64,000 bases of DNA from Octopus sinensis (GCF_006345805.1 NC_043003.1:10912001-10976000), one strand, 5' to 3'. Shown: positions 26,231 through 39,208, counted from the first letter of the stretch. A program made the numbers and translations. The notes: generated by a model from the letters alone, not told the origin.

Positions 26231-26446
26231 CTCTTTCACTCTTTTACTTGTTTCAGTCATTTGACTGCGGCCATGCCGGAGCACCGCCTTTTAGTCAAGC
26301 AAATTGACCCTGGGACTTATTCTTTGTAAGCCCAGTACTTATTCTATCGGTCTCTTTTGCCGAACCACTAAGTAACGGGGACATAAACACACCAGCATCG
26401 GTTGTCAAGCAATGCTAGGGGGACAAACACAGACACACAAACATAA

Positions 26447-26477
<31 letters not shown>

Positions 26478-26640
26478 CATATATACGACGGGCTTCTTTC
26501 AGTTTCCGTCTACCAAATCCACTCACAAGGCTTTGGTCGGCCTGAGGCTATAGTAGAAGACACTTGCCCAAGATGCCATGCAGTGGGATTGAATCCGGAA
26601 CCATGTGGTTGGTTAGCAAGCTACTTACCACACAGCCACT
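26231..26640 (-). mobile_element. SINE family A
   Basis: Reverse-complement family A sequence. Confidence 0.85.
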
Positions 26641-26944
26641 ATATATATATATATTCTAAATTAAATCCAATCCAAGGAAAATAGGGATGAAAACAAGCAA
26701 TCTTTCACTGGCTCCACTGTTAAATACACAATTTTGCAGAGAAAAACCTTACAAATCAGATGGGTATATATTAAATTTATAAAATGAATAGAAAATGGAG
26801 ATATATAATCGTCAATTCAAAAATTAAAAATTTATTAACATAATATTATATTATATTCTTATAATAATATAATATAACTAGCTGAAGGTGACCCGCTCTA
26901 CGCACAGGTAAGAGTGTGGTTGTTACTTTCTGTTGCTTCCTTTC

Positions 26945-27243
26945 AGCACGTAAAAAGCACCATCAGAACGTGACGGATTGCAGCGCTGCTTTGACTGGCG
27001 GCACGTAAAAAGCACCAACCGATCGTGGCCGCTGCCAGCCCCCCTGGCACCTGTGCCGGCGGCACGAAAAAAGCACCCACTACGCTCACAGAGTGGTTGG
27101 CGTTAGGAAGGGCATCCACCTGTCGAAACACTGCCAGATCAGACTGGAGCCTGGTGCAGCCTCCAGGCTTCCCAGACCCCTGTCAAACTGTCCAACCTGT
27201 GCTAGCACGGAAAACGGACGTTAAACGATGATGATGATGATGA
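26945..27243 (+). mobile_element. RTE 3' tail nested in the Helitron
   Basis: Tail motif ...GGACGTTAAAC(GAT)n. Confidence 0.8.
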
Positions 27244-28905
27244 TTCTCCCTCTTTGTTTCTCTCTCCTTTCTCTCTCACTTTCCCACTCTCTTACTCTTC
27301 CTTTCTCTCGGACTCTCCCTCGCTTTCGCTTACTCTCTATCTTTATCTATCTCTCTCCCATTTATAAACAACAAAAGATCTTGAGTAAGTTGAGAAATAA
27401 AATATTTAGAAAGATCAATCATAAAATCAGGCAGTAAACCAACGGAAAGGTCTGCTTCAAGGCAGACAGCAAAACACTAACATTTAAAAGGGAGTGACGA
27501 CGAACTTGCGAGCTGAATAAAAATAATAAAATATTGGAACCAAAGTTTGAAGGGATAGAATTTGAGGATAGTAGAGTCACCATGGCTGGCATTTCTTAAC
27601 GACGGACAGCAACGTATTGACAGTTCAACGGCTGACATAAAATTTTGAACTTGATGTAAAAGAAAATCCCTAAAAACCAAGTTTTGAATTGATTCTTTCT
27701 CACGACAGTAGACTCACGATGGCAAGCATTCAAAACTTCTTCATCATGGATGGCAACACATTGATGATTAAAAGGCTGGCGCAAATTTTTTAGCTTGATG
27801 TAACAGAGAATTGCTAAACACCTGCTCCTTTAAATTTTAATCCCCTTCCAGCCCCATTTAGACCCCTTTTCACATTTTGGTTAATATAACCCGATTTCAT
27901 TTGGGTCTACTGGGGCCACATTTTATAAGATGAGGACTCAACCAAGTTTCCGGAGTTCTGGTCATAGACCATAGAACACTCAACCAAGTTTCCCGAGTTC
28001 TGGTCATTTGCAGAATAAATAGAGATGGCGGAGGTGGCAGACGTCGTTGCAATGTAAACATGATTTGTTTTAAGAGAAAGATTGTCCAGATTGTGTGTTG
28101 GTGGTGGTGGTGGCGATGATAATTATCTTTATGAATGGAGATAAAGAGAAATTGAAGGGGAGTTAGAGGTAGAAAGAAAAGGTGTAAATTTTTGAGTGAA
28201 TCCAACGGGATGTAGTGGGCTTTAACCCCGGCAAAAAAAATAATATCTGTTGCGTTTCTGAAAGAGGTGAAGTAGGAATATTGAAACTTTTGCGGCTGTC
28301 ATTGATAGACTCGTTGTAGATTAAATAGAGACGGCGAAAAAAGAGAGAGTTCGAGAAAGAAAAGGTGATATATGAAAGAGAGGACGGGAAAATGAAATAT
28401 TTTGCAATGTAAACATGATTGTTATGATTGTGTGTTGGTGGTGGTGGCGATGATAATTATCATTAGGAAAAAGAGTGAGGAAGACATATACATAAGTTGT
28501 GGCAATGATAATTCTAGACCCCTTTTCACATTTTGATGAAGAGAACCCGATTTCATTTGGGTCTACTGGGGCCACATATAGGTGTGTGTGTGTGTGTGTG
28601 TGTGCACGCTGTAGAAATTAAATTAGAGATAAAACCACTAATAGGGAAATGAAACAGTAAAAAACCAAAAACAAAAACATAAAAATATAAATATATTAGA
28701 TATATGTATATATGTGTGTGTGTGTGTGTGTTGACAGGTAGACAATAGAATGCGATGGCGATGGCTATGTAATATTTGTTTCTGTCTATGAACGCAGATA
28801 GATACATGAGTAAAATGTATGGGAAGCTAAGAGATAGAGTGAGTGAAAATGTTCTTGGAAGAGAGGAAATAGCGAGAGAGTGATTTGAGGAAGACTTTAC
28901 ATTAA

Positions 28906-29124
28906 CCCTTTAGTATTTAAACCGGCCATATCCGGCCAAAATATTTAATCTGTTTTATGTTCAAACTGACCAGATCCAGACCCTCACACCTACCCTACAA
29001 TGTTATTCTACATTAGGTAATTACACCATCAAGATCTTGAAGATATGAGATAATGCATGATTAATTCAAATCAATGTGAATCAATAAGCATTATGTTTGA
29101 TAGAATAATCAGAACACTAAAGGG
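28906..29124. mobile_element. piggyBac-type MITE (219 bp)
   Basis: TTAA|CCCTTTAGT ... ACTAAAGGG|TTAA. Confidence 0.8.
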
Positions 29125-29474
29125 TTAAATAACAGGAGTGGACTTGTCAAATGAAGAGGAGTGAGAGGGTACTGGAGGAAATAGCGTGAGTGAGGAAGAT
29201 GGTCCCTAGCAACCACACCTTTTAAGATAGGGATTTCTAAGGTAGCCCACGAGCATCATCACCTCATTCTACATGTCCCTGTAAATTTTGGAGTGAATCG
29301 GACGGGTTGTAGTGGCATTGAAAGTGATCCAAGTGGTAAAAACGCATTTCAGTTTTATATATAGAGATAAATGATAAATATTAAATACAAATTACATACG
29401 ATTGTTCGATTCTTACCCATAGTAAGATTATAAAAATCCATGATATAATATATATAGATATATATATATATATA

Positions 29475-30030
29475 TCAACATCACAATCAAGGAACGGCCA
29501 TAATAGGCCATTCACCCACTAGAAATAACAGCCAAAAGCTTCAACCGCAAAATAACATCAATTCCGTAAACCAGGAGAAAATTAAAAAAATATTTACCCT
29601 GTAATTTCTTATACGAGTGTGATGATTTGAAAATTTTAGGCCAGATATTGCCGAGGCAGGGACGGGAATGCCTCGTGAAAAATATCTGTTCCGACTTGGC
29701 TATTTCTTACTGATGAATCTAAGGGCCTATGGTAGATTGGCTTGATTTAATTTAATCAGGTTAGTTTACCATTAAACAGTAGATGAAACGGTGCATCGTA
29801 TAAGAAATTACAGGGTAAATGTTTTTTTAATTTTCTCCTGGTTTACGGAATTGATGTTATTTTGTGGTTGAAGCTTTTGGCTGTTATTTCTAGTGGGTGA
29901 ATGGCCTATTATGGCCGTTCCTTGATTGTGATGTTGAACTTAAAAATGGTCTATGACTATTTAATTTTTTCCCACTAGGCCGCTGGTGGCAAAAAAATTC
30001 TACAAAATTTTTTTGCCACCCTATATTGAT
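29475..30030 (+). mobile_element. Penelope-like element terminus with ~142-bp inverted repeat
   Basis: Arms 29475-29616 and 29796-29937, near-perfect; hammerhead between and overlapping them; (TA)n on both sides. Confidence 0.75.
29702..29808 (+). ncRNA. Type I hammerhead ribozyme with extended stem II
   Basis: ATTTCTTA-CTGATGA-ATCTA[58 nt incl. 19-bp hairpin]TAGAT-GAAA-CGGTGCATCG-TA-TAAGAAAT; predicted cleavage after 29800. Confidence 0.85.
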
Positions 30031-30051
30031 TAATATATATATATATATATA

Positions 30052-30398
30052 TCATCATCATCGTTTAATGTCCGTTTTCCGTGCCAGCACGGGTTGGATG
30101 GTTTGACCGGGGTCTGGGAATCCAGGGGCTGCACCAGGCTCCAGTCTGATCTGGCAGTTTTTCTACAGCTGGATGCCCTTCCTAACGCCAACCACTCCGC
30201 GAGTGTAGTGGGTGCTTTTTACGTGCCACTGGCACAGGTGCCAGGGAAGTCTGGCATCGGCCACGATTGGTTGGTGCTTTTAACGTGCCACCGGCACGGA
30301 AGCCAGTCAAGGCGGCACTGGCATCGGCCATGTTCGGATGGTGCTTTTTATGTGCCACCAGCACAGAAGCCAGTTGAGGCGGCGCTGGCATTGGCCAC
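30052..30398 (-). mobile_element. RTE 3' tail
   Basis: Same tail and 60-bp units as 17160-17460. Confidence 0.8.
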
Positions 30399-30411
30399 GT
30401 ATATATATATA

Positions 30412-30585
30412 TGAAGGCAGGAAAGATATACTGTAATATACACATGGAATATCCTAGATGGACTTATCCCAAACTTAGGCATTGAAAATGATGCAAACAT
30501 TGGAAAAGGGAATCTTTGCATAGCGCCAAAGATCCAAGCCTTGGCCAGATTCTCCATTAGCTTGGGATTCAAGGACACTACCGAA
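30412..30585 (+). pseudogene. CR1-group LINE ORF2 C-terminal fragment
   Basis: RQERYTVIYTWNILDGLIPNLGIE..G..C..P, the motif that follows LYSLERRR in this group. Confidence 0.55.
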
Positions 30586-30978
30586 TCCAGGCAACTAACT
30601 TTGTGAGCTTTCATTCTTTCTTTTTCTAGATGTGTGTGTGTGCGTGTATGTATGTATCATCATCATTCATCATCATATATATATGTACAGGTATATATAT
30701 ATGTTAATCGAAGCGTACAGTATTAGCTGTACTCTTCATTCCATAACAGCTACCTCTGAAGAGTGCAATGCTACATAATTGGACTGCTACCTAACATTCT
30801 GCTGAAGCCCTAGTGTGAAACCAAGCGGTAAAATGAGCTGCAATGGATACTTTGATTCATGCATACACACACACATCCTCCTCCTCCTCCTTATCATCAT
30901 AATTGTTTAACGTCCATTTTCCATGCTGGCATGAGTTGGATGGCATATATATATATAAGTATGTATGTGTGTATGTAT

Positions 30979-31024
<46 letters not shown>

Positions 31025-31280
31025 CAAAATGGGACAAAAATGCAAAACATCCAGACAACTAGGTGATACAAAAAGGGACAACAAAACATCCAGATAGACG
31101 ATGCAAAAAAAAAACAAGGACGGTTCACTCGAAGTTTTCCATCCCCAGTCAAGAACCAGATCATCCTCTCAATTTTGATACACATATATATGTGTGTGTA
31201 TGTAGATAAATATAAAATACAGATACACACACATATGTTGGTGTATGTATGTGTATATGTATCCATACATACATATCTAC

Positions 31281-32248
31281 CTATTTCTTTACTACCCACA
31301 AGGGGTTAAACTCAGAGAGGACAAACAAGGACAGACAAACAGATTAAGTCGATTATATCGACCCCAGTGGGTAACTGGTACTTATTTAATCGACCCCAAA
31401 AGGATGAAAGGCAAAGTCGACCTCAGCGGAATTTGAACTCAGAATGTAGCGGAAGACAAAATACCTATTTCTTTACTACCCACAAGGGGCTAAACACAGA
31501 AGGGACAAACAAGGACAGACAAACGGATTAAGTCGATTACATCGACTCCAGTGCATAGCTGGTACTTATTTAATCAACCCTGAAAGGATGAAAGGCAAAG
31601 TTGACCTCAGCGGAATTTGAACTCAGAACGTAACAGCAGATGAAATACCTATTTCTTTACTACCCACAAGGGGCTAAACACAGAAGGGACAAACAAGGAC
31701 AGACAAACGGATTAAGTCGATTACATCGACTCCAGTGCATAGCTGGTACTTATTTAATCAACCCTGAAAGGATGAAAGGCAAAGTTGACCTCAGCGGAAT
31801 TTGAACTCAGAACGTAACAGCAGATGAAATACCTATTTCTTTACTACCCACAAGGGGCTAAACACAGAAGGGACAAACAAGGACAGACAAACGGATTAAG
31901 TCGATTACATCGACTCCAGTGCATAGCTGGTACTTATTTAATCAACCCTGAAAGGATGAAAGGCAAAGTTGACCTCAGCGGAATTTGAACTCAGAACGTA
32001 ACAGCAGATGAAATACCTATTTCTTTACTACCCACAAGGGGCTAAACACAGAGAGGACAAACAAGGACAGCCAAACGGATAAGTCGATTATATCGACCTC
32101 AGTGCATAACTGGTGCTTATTTAATCGACCCTGAAAGGATGAAAGGCAAAGTCGACCTTGGCGGAATTTGAACTCAGAACGTAACGGCAGACGAAATATC
32201 GCTAAGCATTTCGCCCGGCGTGCTAACGATTCTGCCAGCTCTCCGCCT
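31281..32248 (-). mobile_element. SINE family C tandem array: one full copy plus four headless 184-bp units
   Basis: Units start at 31281, 31465, 31649, 31833 and 32017; 17-bp TSD CATACATATCTACCTAT at 31268-31284 and 32250-32266. Confidence 0.9.
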
Positions 32249-32458
32249 TCATACATATCTACCTATCTTGCTATCTCCATACACATCGCAGAAACACATA
32301 CACACACATGTGTGCACATGCACGCACACACATATGTGCACATGCACACACACACACACACACGCACTCAATACTTAATTATGCGTCAAACCTACATAAA
32401 CCTATATGTCGTGTGTGCACCTTTACAGTCACACAGATATCTAAACACACACAAACAT

Positions 32459-32497
<39 letters not shown>

Positions 32498-32919
32498 CCA
32501 ACAGCATACTCAAACATACACATTTTTCACTCCATGTTCTCAAAGCAAGCCATGTAATATTAATATCAATAAAGTTGTATGATGGTAGGTTTTTAATTGG
32601 TCGAGATTGTCACCTGACTTTTTCCTTGATATAGGCCGCCATTGCTGTCTCTATCTGTTTGACAGCTTCATCAAATACAAAGACACAACTATTGATGTAT
32701 TTCTATGCACACTGCTTGTGTTATTGTCATGTCTTTATATATTCTCTTCCAGTTCATTTCAAGATCCGTATACAATGATGGATAGGTTAGGGAAAAGATC
32801 AATAAATATCTACATGTGTATGTGTGTTTTATGTACTTATATCTGCATATCTATCTGCTTATCTATATATGTATATATATATATGCAAATATATATATAT
32901 ATATATATAACGATGATGA

Positions 32920-32984
<65 letters not shown>

Positions 32985-33165
32985 ATAATAAATATTAGGG
33001 AATATATCCAAATTTACAGGGAAAAAAAAATCAGATTTAGGATTAAATCCAATTTTATAGTAAAATATTATAAAATATTATTTGAGACAAAACCACTATT
33101 TTGCAAACAAAACAAAAGGAAAGACTTAATCAATACATAAAATTTAATAAATAGTCAAAAAAACG

Positions 33166-33208
33166 CCACTACAATCGTTTCTTGTCTTGATCGACAATCT
33201 TCAGGTGG
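33166..33208 (-). ncRNA. Minimal type I hammerhead ribozyme in Penelope-like relic (~32990-33235)
   Basis: CCAC-CTGAAGA-TTGTC(GATCAA)GACAA-GAAA-CGATTG-TA-GTGG. Confidence 0.8.
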
Positions 33209-33249
33209 ACTTCCAATAATTCAGTTACAAATTATTTATATATATATCT

Positions 33250-33648
33250 TTTACTATTTTACTTGTTTCAGTCATTTGACTGCGGCCATGCTGGAGCACC
33301 GCCTTTAGTCGAGCAAATCGCCCCCAGGACTTATTCTTTGTAAGCCCAGTACTTATTCTATTGGTCTGTTTTGCTGAACCGCTAAGTGACGTGGACTTAA
33401 ACACACCAGCATTGGTTGTCAAGCAATGCTAGGGGGACAAACACAGACACACAAACACACGCACATACATATATATACATATATACGACAGGCTTCTTTC
33501 AGTTTCCATCTACCAAATCCACTCAGAAGGCATTGGTCAGCCCGGGGCTATAGCAGAAGACACTTGCCCAAGATGCCACGCAGTGGGACTGAACCCGGAA
33601 CCATGTGGTTGGTTAGCAAGCTACTTACCACACAGCCACTCCTGCGCC
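33250..33648 (-). mobile_element. SINE family A, full length
   Basis: Reverse-complement head and tail. Confidence 0.85.
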
Positions 33649-33804
33649 TATATATATATATATATGCACACACACATATATATATATTTATTGGCTAAAC
33701 TGGCAAAATGACCATTCCGAAATATAACAATATATATATATATATTATATATATATATTATATACATATATATACATTTGTACCTATACATGTTTATGTA
33801 TGTG

Positions 33805-33845
<41 letters not shown>

Positions 33846-33853
33846 GTCTATCC

Positions 33854-33889
<36 letters not shown>

Positions 33890-33944
33890 ATCTATCTATC
33901 CCTCTCTCTCATTCTCTCTGTTTGTCACTGTCACTCTTTTTCTC

Positions 33945-34293
33945 GCATTGGCCGATATGCCATGCTTGTAAAGACCTGTTGAACTGAGTGAAATTGCAGT
34001 TGTGGCTGATGCCAGTGCCACCTGACTAGCACCTGTGCCGGTGGTATGTAAAAAACACCAATCAAGTGTGGCTGATGCCAGGCGCACCTGACTGGCTCCT
34101 GTGCCGGTAGCACATAAAAAGTACCCACTATACTCTCAGAGTGGTTGGCATTAGGAAGGGAATCCAGTTGTAGAGACCTAGTCAAATCAGATTGGGGCCT
34201 GGTGCAGCCTTCCGGCCTGCCAGTTCTCAGTCAAACTGTCCAACCCATGCCAGCATGGAAAGCAGATGTTAAATGATGATGATGATGATGATG
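33945..34293 (+). mobile_element. RTE 3' UTR/tail
   Basis: Homologous to 50890-51240; (GAT)n tail. Confidence 0.75.
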
Positions 34294-34373
34294 GTGCACA
34301 CCACAACACACCCCACCTTACATACACATTTGTATCTATTCACATCTCTATGTATGTATATCTGCATATCTAA

Positions 34374-34416
<43 letters not shown>

Positions 34417-35149
34417 TATATATATGACTCCAAGAAAGTTAGAGGTTGTGAATCCAACCAACTAAGGGATAATATCTACCCAATATACTGCTGGTAGAAT
34501 ACCCAATTATGATACACAAGTGTTTTTTATTACATTGCAATTACATTACCTAGTATACTAAATGGGTGTAGTAAATAAATAAATAAGTTAGCATAATATA
34601 ATGTCTAAAAGTTGATGAACCACCTATTGATCCCCTCCATTTTCTTATTGCTATATATATGTATATATAATCATCATCATCATCATCATTCGTCTGTTGT
34701 CCATAGGTTGGATGCTTTGAATGGGGCTGGCACACTGGAAGGCTGCACCAGACTCCAGTCTGAATTGGCATGGTTTTCTATGGCTGGATGCCCTTCTTTA
34801 TTGTAGCAGTTCTGCAGTTTTTCTCAGCCTTGTAAAAGAACTCAGAAACTAGGGCCTCCAAACAGGCCTTTCATAATACCCTTAAAGCCAGGATTTTTCA
34901 GCACCCCCTCATGTATAACTATGTGTGTGTGTGTGTGTTTGTCCCCCCACACATACACACACAACTGTTCAACAACCAGAGTTGACTTTGCTTTCATCCT
35001 TTCGGGGTCAATAAGTACCAGTTCAGCACTGGGGGTTGGTGCAATTGATTAGTCCTCTACCCCAAAAATTTCAAGACTTGTACCAAAAGTAAAAAGTGTT
35101 ATTTATTATTACAGTTCTTTTCGCTTTTAGTATAACTTTGTCCCCTTGT

Positions 35150-35485
35150 GAAGGTGCATGGCTCAATGGTCAGAACGTCAGGCTCGCAATCATGAGGTAG
35201 TGAGTTCAATTCCCAGACCAGGCTGTGTTGTGTTCTTGAGCAAGACACTTTATTTCATGCCTCTCCAGTTCACTCAGCTGTAGAAATGAGTTGCGACGTC
35301 ACAGGTGCCAAGCTGTATTCGGCCCCTTTGCCTTTTCCTTGGATAACATCAGTGGCGTAGAGAGTCCAAGCTGATATGCATGGACGACTACTGGTCTTCC
35401 ATAAACAACATTGTCTGGACTTGTGCCTCATAGGGTAACTTTCTAGGTGCAATCCCATGGTCATTCATAACCGAAGGGGGTCTTT
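35150..35485 (+). mobile_element. tRNA-derived SINE, family E
   Basis: A box TGGCTCAATGG, B box GAGTTCAATTC, GTGTTCTTGAGCAAGACA core; headless copy at 57828-58075, related head at 58552-58800. Confidence 0.75.
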
Positions 35486-35592
35486 AGAATATTCACAAAC
35501 AAGGCTTCAGGCCACTGTGGTATAGGGGACTAAAAAAAAAGAAAAGAAGAGGGCCCACAATTTTGAAAGAATTTGATTGACAGAAAGCTTAA

Positions 35593-36301
35593 CCCTTTCC
35601 TTACTGTATTTATTTTGAGATATTCTGTGTTTCTTTCAATTACTTTAAATATAACAAAGAATTTAGTAAAATAACTTAGTTATCATTCAGCTAGTGTTAG
35701 GAACATAAATTGTGACTAAGGTTTGGTGGAAGATTTTAATTCAAAACTTATGAAAGCAAGATATTTGTACTACAGAGCCAGAAGCAGTTTCAGCCGGGTT
35801 GGTATCAAACGGGTTAAGAATTGTTTCTCTATTATATATATTTTAACCCCTTTGTTACCATATTTCTGTTGAGATGCTCTGTGTTTCTTTCAATTAATAT
35901 TAAATATAACAAAGAATTTAGTAAAATAACTTAGTTATCATTAAGCTAGTGTTTGGAACATAAATTGTGACTAAGGTTTAGTGGAAGATTTTAATTCAAA
36001 ACTTATGGGAACAAGACATTTGTACTACAGAGCCAGAGGCGGTTTCAGCTGGGTTAGGGTTAAGAATTTTTTCTCTATTATATATTTTAACCCTTTTGTT
36101 ACCATATTGCTGTTGAGATGCTCTGTGTTTCTTTCAATTACTTTAAATATAACAAAGAATTTAGTAAAATAACTTAGTTATTAAATTAGGAACATAAATT
36201 GTGACTAAGGTTTGGTGGAAGATTTTAATTCAAAACTTATGAAAACAAGACATTTGTATTCAGAGCCAGAAGCAGTTTCAGCCAGGTTGGTTATGAATGG
36301 G
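35593..36301. mobile_element. Three tandem piggyBac-type MITEs
   Basis: TTAA|CCC...GGG|TTAA units at 35593-35813, 35847-36059 and 36091-36301, separated by a shared spacer GAATT.TTTCTCTATTATATA. Confidence 0.85.
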
Positions 36302-36617
36302 TTAAACTACAAACATATCATAATCCAGAGCATTCAACTTTTATGAATGACAATATACTTAAAGTTGATCCAAAGCTTAAAATACACTTGAATTTAACGA
36401 ATTACAATAATTAAATTAAATGGCAATGGCAAATGGGACAGATTTCCATTTTTGCTTTGCTGTCCTTTTTTTGATTAACAAACTTGCCATTCTGTTTCCT
36501 TGTTTTAATGCATTAAACTATGAAACTCGTCAGACGTTAATTGAGATTAATTATCATATTTCTCATAAATAAAATAATTTAAACAGATCAGATAATTACT
36601 AATATATCATAAACATC

Positions 36618-37003
36618 CCCTCCTCTTCCTCTCCCTCCTCCTCCTCCTACAGCACTTCGTCTTCCTCCTCCACTTGCTCCACTTCCTCCTCCACTTGCTC
36701 CTCTTCCTCCTCCACTTGCTCCTCTTCCTCCTCCCCTTCCATCTCCTCTTCTACTTCCCCCTCCTCTTCCCCCTCCTCTTCCCCCTCCTCTTCCCCCTCC
36801 TCCTCTACTCTCCCTTCCCCTCCTCCTCCTCTAATCCTCCCCACCTCCCCTCCTCCACTTCCTCCTCTAATCCTCCTCTTCTTCCCCTGCCTCCTCTTTT
36901 CCCCCTTTGTCATTGCCATCATCATTATCGTTATCGTCATCCTCCTCCTCCTCCTCCTCCTCCTCCTCCTCATCATCATCATCATCATCATCATCATTAT
37001 CAT
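36618..37003. repeat. Polypyrimidine (CCT)n plus (CAT)n low-complexity tract
   Basis: Direct inspection. Confidence 0.9.
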
Positions 37004-37531
37004 CAAGTGATGCTCTCACAGACACTAATAATGTTAGTCATTCTCATTAAATCCAGTCAGGTTTTCATTAAAACAGTTAAGTAATGTCCCTAATTCTGGA
37101 CCATTTCTGCATTAACCTTTTGCCATCAAACAGAATTATAGCAGAAATAACAAGTTTAAATTAACATGGCTTCATTTTCAGTGTCATACCACAGAATAAA
37201 ACTTACGTTAACCCAGGTTTTCTCAACTGCGGTTCCCTAGAACCCTAGGGTTCCAGAAAAGGTTCCTAGGGGTTCCATAAGAAAGAGTGAGATAAGCTAA
37301 TGCTGATTACAATATATGTATATATATTAAAACAAATGTGGAATTTTACCAATAGAACTGCAACTCTTATTTCAGGATAACCTTATTGTTTGGAATACAC
37401 ATAGAAAGTTAAATCCAATAAAATAATATAAGCATTTAAAAAACCTACTATAAAATTCAATAAAAATATTTGAAAAAATCTATATAACTTACCTGTTACT
37501 AGTCTGTGGGGGAAAGAAAATATTTTTAATC

Positions 37532-37616
37532 AATGCTACATATGTTTCTGCACTGGTGGGGAGTTTATAAAGACTATACCTAATACATAAATCCACCAGT
37601 GCGTCCTCAGGCTATT
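37532..37616 (-). ncRNA. Type I hammerhead ribozyme with long stem II
   Basis: AAT(A)GC-CTGAGGA-CGCACTGGTGG...CCACCAGTGCA-GAAA-CATATG-TA-GCATT; stem I has one bulge. Confidence 0.7.
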
Positions 37617-38038
37617 TATCTTATTATCATTATTATTAATGGATCAAAGTTAAAATACATATTATAAGTCATATTAAATAGAAAAATAAGAATATGAATA
37701 CAAATATAATAAAAATATATAAATTACAAATATATATTTTTTTTAAAATTAAAAACTAAAGAAATAAAAAACATTAAAAAATTAAACACATAAAATTACA
37801 ATACTGATATATATATATAGAATATGCTAAGCCTAAAGAAAACCCTCAATGACTATATTATAAACATATTTGTATATAATGGAGAAATTGTACAAAATGT
37901 ATAAGTGGATGATGAGTGAAGCACTGGCACAGTTCCGATTACCTGTTGTTATCTGTAGATTTAATGCAGGAACTTCGTGGTGGCAGTTGGGGTAAGAGTA
38001 TTAATAAAATAGATAGAATGTGTAATAAACTTTATTGG

Positions 38039-38080
38039 GTACAACACATGTTTCGACCCGTTCTGGGTCTCTTCATGTAC
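38039..38080 (-). ncRNA. Degenerate hammerhead (core C3 replaced by A)
   Basis: GTAC-aTGAAGA-GACCC(AGAAC)GGGTC-GAAA-CATGTG-TT-GTAC. Confidence 0.5.
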
Positions 38081-38352
38081 ATGAATAAAAAGTCTCACTA
38101 GAGATTCCTTGAGTTGGCTTACATATATATATATATAAATCCCCAATATATATATATATATTGGGGATTTGGTTTGCAAGATTTTTTATGTGAGTTCGTG
38201 TGTTAAAGCATATTCTGTTTTGTCTGGGGAGGGTCATTCTCTTTTAGTGCCTTATAATTTAACATACTCACCGGTAAAATTTCCACTCATTTACTTATTT
38301 ATTTTTCTATATATAAAAGAATACACACACAAACACATACATATATGAATGT

Positions 38353-38562
38353 CTCTGTCTGGCACCAGTGCGGGTGGCACGTAAAAAGCACCCACTACAC
38401 TCACGGAGTGGTTGGCGTTAGGAAGGGCATCCAGCCGTAGAAACACTGCCAGATTTGACTGGGCCTGATGAAGCCTTCTGGCTTCACAGACCCCAGTAGA
38501 ACCGTCCAACCCATGCTAGCATGGAAAACGGACGCTAAACGATGATGATGATGATGATGATG
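38353..38562 (+). mobile_element. RTE 3' tail apparently identical to 17160-17348
   Basis: Reverse complement matches by eye over ~190 bp, including the diagnostic GGGCCTGATGAAGCC. Confidence 0.85.
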
Positions 38563-38617
38563 ATATATATATATATTTGTATATATCTGTCTATCCATCC
38601 ATCTATCTATCTATCTA

Positions 38618-38665
<48 letters not shown>

Positions 38666-38945
38666 AATATATATACATATATGTATGTATGCATGAATAT
38701 TATTGTTTGTTTTTTATATTCAGCTATAATTAAAATTTTACATTAATCGTTTACTTCCGTAAAGTACAAATTTATTATTCTTAAAGCAGAATATTTTTTG
38801 ACAGCCATCTGACGATGGTTGATGGCTTCACTGACCAAAACTTCAAAGTCACTGTCAATTGTATTCTTGTTTAAGAAAAATAAATATCTATCTATCTCTA
38901 CATATATACATACATACATATATAGATATACATATACACACACAC

Positions 38946-38992
<47 letters not shown>

Positions 38993-39208
38993 CACACACA
39001 TATATATACACATATACATATATATATATATACATAAACACACACATATATATATGTGTGTATATATATATACTATATATAAATATATGTATATATGTAT
39101 GTGTGTGTATATATATATATATATGCATATGTATATATATATATATGTGTGTTTATGTATGTGTGTGTATATATATATATGTATATGTATATGCATATGT
39201 ATATATGC

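Larger units (their letters stand above)
26878..29367 (-). mobile_element. Non-autonomous Helitron (~2.5 kb) with nested insertions
   Basis: Minus strand begins A|TCTCTATATATAAAAC at 29367 and ends with an imperfect hairpin ACCTGTGCGTAGAGCGGGT followed by CAGCTAG|T at 26878; internal duplications 27859-27920/28515-28576 and 28048-28127/28403-28461. Confidence 0.65.

Noticed and set aside
30795-30835. Degenerate hammerhead CTGCTGA...GAAACC..GGTA
   Set aside because: Core mutated and stem II poor; possibly a real relic but not supportable
31281-32248. CRISPR-like regular array (also the 88-bp repeat at 22620-22875)
   Set aside because: Whole units repeat with no unique spacers; eukaryotic context; no cas genes
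38461-38490. CTGATGA plus hairpin in RTE tail
   Set aside because: No GAAA box after the stem; other copies read CTGGTGCA
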